DNA of 64,000 nt from Candidatus Enteromonas sp. Lineage in GTDB: Bacteria > Bacillota_I > Bacilli_A > RFN20 > CAG-826. The notes beneath the pieces were generated by a model, which searched no databases, was not told the DNA's origin, and saw only the letters and a list, made by a program, of their open reading frames with translations. The stretch lies in contig JBNMGG010000005.1 of the NCBI GenBank assembly GCA_050872145.1, positions 12,140 to 76,139 on the forward strand. Direction: 5' to 3'. How positions within the stretch are numbered: position 1 is the first letter of the stretch; the number at the start of each line of letters is the position of its first letter. A program made the position numbers and the translations under genes. Below, piece by piece: positions 27,094-34,981 of the stretch.

Positions 27094-27300
27094 ATGTCAG
27101 TCAAGTTGCTAAGCGAAGGGCAAATCTCTCTTTTGACGGCGAATCCGAGAAAAAGGGGCCCCATGACGCGCGAGCCGACCAAGGACGAGATAATAGCCTA
27201 GCAACAAGCGAAGATGGACGTGCTCACTCAGGAGAACGGTTTTCTCCGCCGAATACGAAGGCTGGAACGACGTCACCAGCCTTCAAAATCCCCTCTCTGT
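27094..27300 (+). mobile_element. short remnant of an IS3/IS150-type orfA
   Basis: MSVKLLSEGQISLLTANPRKRG resembles the N-terminal (L/F)T.E.I..L..NP pattern of IS3-family OrfA proteins. After a stop, LTQENGFLRRIRRLERR resembles the leucine-zipper end (ENxFLKKLxxL). No orfB or inverted repeats were found. Confidence 0.35.
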
Positions 27301-27417
27301 GATTTTGCTTATTTTTTCTTGTTCGATGGGCTTATTCAAAATAGGCCCGGAAGGAATGTCTTCTTTTCAACAAATCGATCAGTTCGTTTTCTTCCACGGG
27401 AAAACCTCCCTTGGCAT
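27300..27417 (-). pseudogene. N-terminal remnant of a second nitroreductase gene
   Basis: The DNA aligns by eye with 25503-25620, the 5' end of the intact nitroreductase. The remnant reads MPREVFP.. then, in a shifted frame, VEENELIDLLKRRHSFRAYFE-stop, against MPLEVLTMEERELMDLMKDRHSCRAYLDKP. It is truncated where the IS-like remnant begins. Confidence 0.55.
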
Positions 27418-27441
27418 TTTGGGGTAGAAATTAAAAGAGGC

Positions 27442-28591
27442 TTATTTGAATTTTCGGAATTCCACATTCCCTTGGACAAGCTTAAAGCAAGCGGTCAGCA
27501 GAACGGGGAGAAGCAAGCAAAGATAGGCGTTCCAGCCGAAATAGAAGCTGAATCCTGCGATGGCGCGGAAAATCCCCATGAAGATGTGGTAGGCAATCAG
27601 GACGATGGAAGCGGCGCAAAGCAAGGGCAGCGCGGATTGGAAGAGCATCCCCAACGCGAAGCGGCTTCCGCTCATGCCCATTAGGCGCAGGCACTGGCGT
27701 TCTTTTCTTTCTTTTTCGGGGACAACGATGTCTTTGGCCCACTGGGCGAAAAGAAGAAAGGCGGACACGGTCAAAGACAAAGTCAGAATCAACGTGCTTA
27801 TGGCGTGGAAAGGGGGATAGAAGCGCGAATAGGGGCGGGAGGGGTAAAGGAAATTTGCCATTTCCTCGGGGATGAGGGATCCGCCCCCGTAAAAGGTGAG
27901 GTTCGTGTAGTAAAGGGAGTCCTGATCGGTGAGTGGTTGCTTCAAACCGTAGGAGGCTATAGGTATAGGAAACGGAGGAGGGGAGGGTGTCCCAAGACAT
28001 CACAAAGAGAACGGATTCTTGTGACAAAGGGTCGAAGGGCATCTCCACGCCGGGGGAGCGCCTTTGCTCCGCTTCCAAGGAGAAATGAGCGGAGTCGGAA
28101 TCGATCTGCGAATAGAAAAAAGTGTTCAGGCCGATGGCTGGGCTCGCTTCGATGTCGTAAAGCAAAACGGAGTCTCCTTCTTTGGGGATGAAGAAGCCAC
28201 CCGTTAAAGGCATTTTTCCGAGCAGGGAAAGGTCGTATCCCGATGGACCGGCCAAAACGTAGGTGCCATCCTCTGCTTTAAGCAGGCCGATTTCGCATCG
28301 GGAAGACGATTTTTCTTCCACGCGGCTCAGGCATTGATGGGCAAAGCGCTTCGCCTGCTCTCGCGTTTGCTCTGCGCTTAATGGGCTTTGGCTTATCTCG
28401 CTCCCTGAAAAAACCATCGTTGCCTGATCGTTTGGGAGATAGGAATTTTGATGCTCGTAGTAAGGACGGAAAAAGGAAAGAAGGGCGAAGGAAAAGGCGA
28501 TGAGGGAGAAAATCCCTAAGCCCGTTTTGAAATAAGAACGCCTCGCGCCTTTCTTGGCTTTCCAATAAGCGAGCTCAAGATTCCTCTTCAT
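27442..28591 (-). pseudogene. FtsX-like ABC transporter permease needing a frameshift between 27945 and 28002
   Basis: The N-terminal part (MKRNLELAYWKAKKGARRSYFKTGLGIFSLIAFSFALLSFF, TM1 plus an extracytoplasmic domain) is in one frame. The FtsX domain (LILTLSLTVSAFLLF...LRLMGMSGSRF...two further TMs) is in the +1 frame. That frame is closed by a TGA at 28000-28002. Confidence 0.6.
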
Positions 28592-29237
28592 TTTGGGAAA
28601 GTGCTCCGTTTTTCAAGTAATAGACTTTGTCGAATTCGTCGATCAAGGTTCGGTCATGGCAGGCGCAGAGGACGATGGAGGAATTCTTTCGGGCTTCTTC
28701 GCGCAGCAAATGGATGACCGCTTTCGATAAATCCGCATCGAGGTGGCTTGTGGGTTCATCGGCGATCAGCACCTTTTTCTTCAATAGCAACGCCCGGGCG
28801 ACGGCTACCCTTTGCTGCTCGCCGGAAGACAAAGAGGAAGCGGGGGATTTGAGCAGGGGATCTAGCAGCAAAGCCCCGCAAATGGAATCGAAGTCTTCTT
28901 GGGAATAAGGAAGCTTTTGCAGGGATAAAGGAAAAAGAATGTTCTCCTCCGCGGTTAAAGGGGATAGGAGGTTCGCCTCAGGGGAAATATAGGAGAAGTT
29001 GGCGATTCGGAAATCTTCCCGCTTCGCCCTCCCTAGGCTCGAATAGGAGAAGCCATTGAGGGATAAGTTTCCTTGATCGGGTTTCAACAATGTGGAAACG
29101 ATGTTCAGCAAAGTGCTTTTGCCCGATCCGGACTCCCCGAAAACGGAGACGAACGCTCCATCCTCCACCGAAAGGGACAAATGGTCCAAAATCGTGCGGC
29201 TTCCAAAACTTTTGCAGATTTGCTCAATCTTCAGCAT
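28575..29237 (-). CDS. ABC transporter ATP-binding protein
   Basis: Walker A GESGSGKSTLLN, signature LSSGEQQRVAVARAL, Walker B VLIADEPTSHLD. It overlaps both flanking permease genes. Confidence 0.9.
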   Translation of the reverse strand: MLKIEQICKSFGSRTILDHLSLSVEDGAFVSVFGESGSGKSTLLNIVSTLLKPDQGNLSLNGFSYSSLGRAKREDFRIANFSYISPEANLLSPLTAEENILFPLSLQKLPYSQEDFDSICGALLLDPLLKSPASSLSSGEQQRVAVARALLLKKKVLIADEPTSHLDADLSKAVIHLLREEARKNSSIVLCACHDRTLIDEFDKVYYLKNGALSQNEEES

Positions 29238-30292
29238 AACGATTTCCTTTCTTCTTTTTCCGGAAAAAAGAGGCCTTGCAAAACGAAGAGGAATGAATCA
29301 AAACAGCCAACATCACATAGCACAAAACGATGGCTTGCCCAATCAGCAGCGCCGGGATGAATTCCGGCAAAGAAGAGGCCATGATGGGAAAGCAGACGAC
29401 GAAAGAGAAGCAGTAACCGAATAAGGCCTCAAACGTTCGGCGAAGCAAGAGCAATCCGTAGCATTTCCGGTAGGGGACTCCGATTAAGCGAAGGGAATAG
29501 ATCTCCGAGGCTGCCTTGTGGTCTAAAGAAGAGATGATGCCAAACACAACGACGAGATTGACGATGAAAGGCAGCAGCAGCCCGACGTAGAAGACGCTGG
29601 GGATTTGTTTTCTTCCTTCTTGATATTGGCGGTTGAGCTGACTGCCAGGGGCCCAGTTAGGGTTTGACGGATTGAAATTTGGATAGGAGATGACAAAACG
29701 CCCGGATAAGGAGGAATCTTCCTCTGGACTAAATAACGCTACCAGGGAATAAGAGGAGAAGCCAAGCGCCTCCAACTGCTCCATGGCCGGCCTGTTCTCT
29801 AGAAGAGAGCCGGTTCCAACGAGGGGATAAGAGATCCCCTCATCATCGAAATATTCCGATTGCGGATTTTTCACGTTGTAAGCGATGGAGTATCTGCCGC
29901 TTTTCGGAAGAGCGAAGCTCGGGGAGGATTCCGGCATGAAATAAAGGCGCGAAGTGACAAGAAAGCCCAAAGGCGTCTTCGCGCAGGCCTGGGTGGCTCT
30001 TACCTGATAAGTGATATTGTGCCCATCTTCTTGGATTTTCGCCTTCCCCGTTCCGCCTTGATATTCCAGGGGGATATTGGAAAAAGCTACGTTTTCGTTG
30101 ATGGAGGAATAGTAGCAGTCAGAAAGGAACCCGGGGCTATAAAAAAAGAAGGAATTCACGGCGGAGGTGCCAAATCCAAGTAGAGCTTGAAGAGATATGA
30201 AAAGCGCAAAAAACACAAAAAAGGAGGCAATGTAATTCTTTTTTTTCGCTTTTTATGCTTTTCCTCAAATAAGTGGATAACTTCGTTTTCAT
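29224..30292 (-). pseudogene. FtsX-like ABC transporter permease interrupted at an A8 homopolymer
   Basis: The ATG at 30292 gives MKTKLSTYLRKSIKSEKK. After the A8 run (30239-30246) the reading must shift to continue NYIASFFVFFALFISLQALLGFG (TM1) and the rest of the 330-aa tracked ORF, which includes LRLIGVPYRK and C-terminal TMs. Removing one A restores a single frame. Confidence 0.6.
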
Positions 30293-30439
30293 GGCTTAAG
30301 GTAAAGGTTTGGCTTTCCGCTTTGCTCTGCAGGGTATGGACAGCACCGCCAAAGAAAGGAGACAGCCGGCCAGACGCCTAGAGGGCCTAATTTTTTCATA
30401 TATCTATGTTACTCCCTTCAGCAATGGTGGTTACTAAAA

Positions 30440-30845
30440 TTTTACGCTTTTAGAAATATTGCAATTTCGATTTTCACGTCGCTAATCCATTTCAGTTGAC
30501 AGTGGGTTTTGCACATTCCTTGATTCAAAGCAATTGCAAAAAGCGTCTCGACTGATAGCGCTTTTCGATTCTAATTTGGATGCTCGACCCGAATTTCACT
30601 CCACGCATCGCTTTGATTCGTTTGGCGGATGGCCGTGAAAAAGCGAATCAAAATTCTTTCATCATTAAGAAATCCTTCAAAGAGATGGGACGGACGGTAC
30701 TGGTCGAATAGTCTATTTCATCTGTGGTTATCAACATTTTCTGTGACAGGGGATCGGCGCGGATAAAATCGTCGAATTCCCTTTGGCACACTTTTTCTAC
30801 TTTCAATAATATTGTTCACTACTACTGAACACTTTTACGCTTTTA
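30440..30845. repeat. direct 13-mer repeat TTTTACGCTTTTA (30440-30452 and 30833-30845) inside an AT-rich ORF-free segment
   Basis: Exact 13/13 match, 393 bp apart. The same segment also has TGGTTATCAA twice (about 30725 and 30960) and the inverted repeat TGTTCA-N7-TGAACA at about 30813-30831. Confidence 0.5.
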
Positions 30846-30984
30846 TGCAAAACTGTTCACTAGAGGAGAGGTTTCTGCCGGACGAGAAATGACGTTCATC
30901 CTAAGCCACGCCGTTTTTGTGGGCCGATAATGGTCAATATAAAACTCCTCTTTCTTTGATGGTTATCAAATCAGAACCCTTCAA

Positions 30985-31010
30985 CGAAAAAAGCCCGCCG
31001 AAGCGGGCTT
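30985..31010 (-). terminator. terminator after apt
   Basis: On the minus strand, AAGCCCGC-TTCG-GCGGGCTT is followed by TTTTTT. Confidence 0.85.
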
Positions 31011-31026
31011 AATGCCGAATGCTATT

Positions 31027-31548
31027 TCAATGAGAATCGGAGAGAGTCATCAAACTCTCGCAGGGAAGGTCAACGGCCTTTTCGCCGTGGAGCTCCTCAA
31101 GGTTGATGACCGTAAGGCAGGCGACGGCTTGCCCCCCGGCCAAAGCGATGAGCTTCTTCAACGCCGCGAAGGTTCCTCCGGTCGCCATCAAATCGTCGAT
31201 CATTAAGACGCGGTCGCCTTTTTTGAAGGAAGAGGCGGGGATCTCCATGCTGGCGGTGCCGTATTCGAGCTGATAACTGACCTTCATGGTCACGCCGGGA
31301 AGTTTTCCCGCTTTGCGGGCCATGACGAAGCCGATGCCCATTTTATAGGCCAAAGCCGATCCGAAGATGAAGCCCCGGGACTCGGGCCCGATGATGACGT
31401 CGGGGTGGTATTTCTCCGCCAATTGGGCGAGTCGGTCGATTGCTTCGCGGAATGCCTCCGGATCGCGCAGAAGGGGGGAGACGTCTTTGAAGGAGATGCC
31501 CTTTTTCGGGAAGTCGGGGGTAACGCCGATGTACTTTTCTAAATCCAT
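31027..31548 (-). CDS. apt: adenine phosphoribosyltransferase
   Basis: DFPKKGISFKDVSPLL, IIGPESRGFIFG and VLMIDDLMATGGT are canonical Apt motifs. Length 173 aa. Confidence 0.95.
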   Translation of the reverse strand: MDLEKYIGVTPDFPKKGISFKDVSPLLRDPEAFREAIDRLAQLAEKYHPDVIIGPESRGFIFGSALAYKMGIGFVMARKAGKLPGVTMKVSYQLEYGTASMEIPASSFKKGDRVLMIDDLMATGGTFAALKKLIALAGGQAVACLTVINLEELHGEKAVDLPCESLMTLSDSH

Positions 31549-31635
31549 GAAACTGTAGATTGCCTTTCGGGGAAATTATAAACGGGAGCAGCCTTTTTGG
31601 CTGCCCCCGCAGGAAGAATTTAGGAAAGAATTCAA

Positions 31636-33201
31636 CTAGCCGGCGATGCCGGTGGCGTATTTGACCACGTAGATGGCGATGAAGGCGGCCGCGCAGCAAG
31701 CAACGGCGATGTCGTCCTTCTTGAAACGCCCAGCGCAGAGGGTCATGACGGTGTAGGCAATGAAGCCCCAGGCGATGCCGTCGCTGATCGAATAGGAGAC
31801 GCACATGACGATGACGGTCAGGAAGCCGCTGCCGACAGCGACCCAATCCTTCCATTCAAGCCTCTCGAGGTTCTTGAACATGCAGATGCCGACGTAGACG
31901 AGGGCAAGGCCGGTGACGGCGCTGGAGGAGAAGGCGCTCAAAGCGGGGTAGATGACCAAGCTGAGGGCGAACAGAAGTCCGGTGACGACGGCGGCAAGGC
32001 CGGTGCGGGCCCCAGCGGCGACGCCGGTGGTGGATTCAACGAAGGAAGTGACGGTGGTGGTGCCGCAGATGGAGCCGAAGACGGTTCCGACCGCGTCGAC
32101 GATCATCGCGGGCTTGTCGTCCACGGTGATGCGGCCGGCATCGTCAACCATGCCAGCCCCGGCTTCAACGCCGACCAAGGTGCCGGTGGTGTCGAAGAAG
32201 TCAACGAAGAGAAGGGCGAAGGTGAAGGCATAGGCCATCGGCTGGGTGTAGACGTCGAAGCCCATGAAGGCCGCGCCGAAGAGCTTGCCGAAGTTGCCAA
32301 TCTGGGAGATGTGGTAGTTCTCGTTGTAGAACGGAGAGAAACCTTCGACTCCGCTGGAGCCCAAGGACCCGCAGATGATGGCCATGATGACGATGGTGAT
32401 GATGACGGAGAACGTGGTGATCCAGAAGAAGGCTTTGTTCTTCTGAGGCAAAGCGGAGAGAGCCAAGACGAGGATGATGCCAAGCAACCCGATGAGGACC
32501 GGCAGGCTCTTGAAGTTGCCAAGGCCGACCAAGGTGGCGCTGTTGTCGGCGATGATGCCCATGTTCTGGAAGCCGATGAAGCAGATGAAGAAGCCGATAC
32601 CCGCGGAAATCGCGAATTTCAAGGACTTCGGGATGTGGCGAACAATCCAGCCACGGAGCGGGGTGATGGAGATGATCAAGAAGAGAACGCCATCGACCAT
32701 GACTAAGCACATGGCTTGGGCGAAGTTCCAACCCATGCCGAGCATGACGTTGAAGGCGACTAAGGAGTTCAAGCCAAGGCCGGAAGCAAGGCCGACGGGG
32801 AGTTTGCCATAGAAGCCCATGAAGATGGTCGTGACGGCCGCGGAGATGGCGGTGGCGGCGAAGACGCCGGCGTAGACCTCCATCGCATTGGCCCAAGTAT
32901 CGCCGTAAAGAAGGATTTGACGGACCGCGTTGGCTCCTTCGCCGATGATGCGGACGTTAGCGGTGTTGCCGCCGGGGATGTTGGCCCAGTTGGTCGAAAG
33001 CATGCCCGCGTTCAGCGGAAGGATGTAGAACATCGCCAGGAAGATAACAAGTCCCCCGATGAGTTCCTTGAGGATCGAGGATCCCCTGCTGCTGATGCCG
33101 AAGTAGTTGTCGAGCCACCGGCCGAATCCGGTTTTCGGTGACCAACCATTCGGTTGCTTGCTCTCTGGTGAGGTTTCTACAGTGGATACTGTTTCAGCCA
33201 T
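31636..33201 (-). CDS. NCS2/AzgA-type purine (guanine/hypoxanthine/adenine) permease
   Basis: The ATG at 33201 is preceded by AAAGGAGG. WLDNYFGISSRGSSILKELIGGLVIFLAMFYILPLN is the typical AzgA/PbuG-type N-terminus. The protein is polytopic and lies downstream of a purine riboswitch. Confidence 0.85.
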   Translation of the reverse strand: MAETVSTVETSPESKQPNGWSPKTGFGRWLDNYFGISSRGSSILKELIGGLVIFLAMFYILPLNAGMLSTNWANIPGGNTANVRIIGEGANAVRQILLYGDTWANAMEVYAGVFAATAISAAVTTIFMGFYGKLPVGLASGLGLNSLVAFNVMLGMGWNFAQAMCLVMVDGVLFLIISITPLRGWIVRHIPKSLKFAISAGIGFFICFIGFQNMGIIADNSATLVGLGNFKSLPVLIGLLGIILVLALSALPQKNKAFFWITTFSVIITIVIMAIICGSLGSSGVEGFSPFYNENYHISQIGNFGKLFGAAFMGFDVYTQPMAYAFTFALLFVDFFDTTGTLVGVEAGAGMVDDAGRITVDDKPAMIVDAVGTVFGSICGTTTVTSFVESTTGVAAGARTGLAAVVTGLLFALSLVIYPALSAFSSSAVTGLALVYVGICMFKNLERLEWKDWVAVGSGFLTVIVMCVSYSISDGIAWGFIAYTVMTLCAGRFKKDDIAVACCAAAFIAIYVVKYATGIAG

Positions 33202-33338
33202 AGTCTTTTCCTCCTTTTGTTGATTAAGACTTTTTGTCGTTGGGGGTACTGTGGCTGGAGACGGAATTCCGAAGCAAAGAAGAAAAACGCAAAAATGAGA
33301 GCAGCTTCCGCGTGGTTTTCTTGTTTGCTTCCTTTCCT

Positions 33339-33408
33339 GGCTCGTAGTGCCCGGCTTTTTGGACCGGACGTAGAGACTGTCGGACCCTATCTCCGACATA
33401 TACGACCC
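33339..33408 (-). promoter_or_regulatory. purine riboswitch, guanine/hypoxanthine class
   Basis: The minus strand reads GGGUCGUAUAUGUCGGAGAUAGGGUCCGACAGUCUCUACGUCCGGUCCAAAAAGCCGGGCACUACGAGCC.
- P1 is UCGUA/UACGA.
- P2 is GUCGGA/UCCGAC.
- J2/3 is AGUCUCUAC (compare AGUUUCUAC in B. subtilis xpt).
- P3 is GUCCGG/CCGGGC.
- The J3/1 reading ACU places a C at the specificity position. Confidence 0.85.
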
Positions 33409-33544
33409 ATCGACGTTAAATAAATATAAGGCATTGCAACGGCTGAAAAAGATGAAAGCGGTTTATCGATATAAACTCATTTTTTGGGGTTCATCTAAGA
33501 GACGTCCATGATAAAATAACGGGCTAGAAAGAAGGTTGTTCCCT

Positions 33545-34192
33545 ATGGACTTGTCCGCTTATCCGAACGTCGTTTTGCTTGAGCACCCTTTGCTGAAGCA
33601 CAAAATCTCGATCCTCCGCAACAAAAACACGCCGACCAGCGAATTCCGCTCCGTCGTCAAGGAAATCGCGATGATGGAAGCCTATGAAGCGCTCCGCGAC
33701 CTCCCGACCGTTCCGACCGAAATCGAAACCCCGATTGAGAAGACCGTCCAGCCGATGGTCATCGGCCACAATCTCTGCTTCGTCCCGATCCTCCGCGCCG
33801 GGATGGGGATGGTGGATGGGTTCACCGAGCTCATCCCCACGGCCCACGTCGGCCACATCGGGCTTTACCGCGACGAAGTCACCCATGAGCCTCACGAATA
33901 TTACTGCAAGCTCCCCAAAGGGCTTGAGGACATGGAGGTTTACCTCCTCGATCCGATGCTCGCCACCGGGGGAAGTGGAATCGACGCCATCAAAATGCTC
34001 CGCAAACACGGGGCCAAGCATCTCCACTTCGTCTGCATCATCGCCGCTCCCGAGGGCGTGAAGGCCTTCTGCGAAGCCAATCCCGATGTTCCTCTCTACA
34101 TCGGATCCCTCGACCGCCAGCTCAACGAAAACGCCTACATTTGCCCAGGCTTGGGCGACGCCGGCGACCGCATCTTCGGCACCCAGAACTAA
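33545..34192 (+). CDS. upp: uracil phosphoribosyltransferase
   Basis: LEHPLLKHKISILRNKNT, LLDPMLATGGS and PGLGDAGDRIFGT. The ATG at 33545 (9 nt after GAAGG) is preferred to the tracked TTG at 33536. Confidence 0.95.
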   Translation: MDLSAYPNVVLLEHPLLKHKISILRNKNTPTSEFRSVVKEIAMMEAYEALRDLPTVPTEIETPIEKTVQPMVIGHNLCFVPILRAGMGMVDGFTELIPTAHVGHIGLYRDEVTHEPHEYYCKLPKGLEDMEVYLLDPMLATGGSGIDAIKMLRKHGAKHLHFVCIIAAPEGVKAFCEANPDVPLYIGSLDRQLNENAYICPGLGDAGDRIFGTQN

Positions 34193-34245
34193 GATATATA
34201 AGGATAAGAAAAGGCTCCCCGCGGAAACGCGGAGAGCCTTTTACG

Positions 34246-34815
34246 TTAGATGGCTTTGTCTTGGTCGAGCAGGGCGTCCATTTCCTGGATGTCCTTCTCT
34301 TCCGGGACGTAGACGTAGGGGATTTGCCTTTCCAACTCGCGGTAATCAAGCCCGAATCCCACGAGGAACTTGTTTTCCTTCAGCACCATCCCGGCGAAAT
34401 CGACTTGGATTTCTTCCTTCCGCATGGCCTGCTTGTCGAAGAGGGCGCAGATGAGGATGCGCTTGGGTTTGTAATGGGCTTTGAGATAGGCGACGAGGTA
34501 TTTCATCGAAAGCCCCGTATCCACGACGTCCTCAACGATCACGACCGTCCTTCCGTCGGGGTTGAAGTAGAGGTCTTTGGTGAGGGTGACTGTCCCGGTG
34601 GATTGTGTTCCTTCGTAAGAAGAGGTTTCCACGAAATCGGTGAAGATCTTCATCTTCACATTGGGAATCAGGGAATAGAAGAAGTTGAGCGCGCCTTTCA
34701 TGACCCCGACGAAGAGGGGAATCTTCTCCTCGTGGATCAAAGCCTGGGTCAATTGGCTCCCGAGCTTTTGGCAAACGGATTGAATCTCGTCCTGGGACAT
34801 TACCATTTCTTTCAT
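34246..34815 (-). CDS. hpt: hypoxanthine phosphoribosyltransferase
   Basis: The ATG at 34815 gives MKEMVMSQDEIQ. Motifs: FVGVMKGALNFF, VVIVEDVVDTGLSM and GFGLDY. Confidence 0.9.
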   Translation of the reverse strand: MKEMVMSQDEIQSVCQKLGSQLTQALIHEEKIPLFVGVMKGALNFFYSLIPNVKMKIFTDFVETSSYEGTQSTGTVTLTKDLYFNPDGRTVVIVEDVVDTGLSMKYLVAYLKAHYKPKRILICALFDKQAMRKEEIQVDFAGMVLKENKFLVGFGLDYRELERQIPYVYVPEEKDIQEMDALLDQDKAI

Positions 34816-34981
34816 GGGGTCTCTCCTAATGCGGGTCGAATGATATTTGACAATGTTAACAACGCAGCCTTCCGGGGGCAACCTCAAAAAAAGTGGAAGG
34901 AAAAGAAAGCGCTACGATGAAAAGAAAGGGCAAAACCTGATATCCTATAATGAATTATCGGTTTTCTTCCGGAGGTAACCC

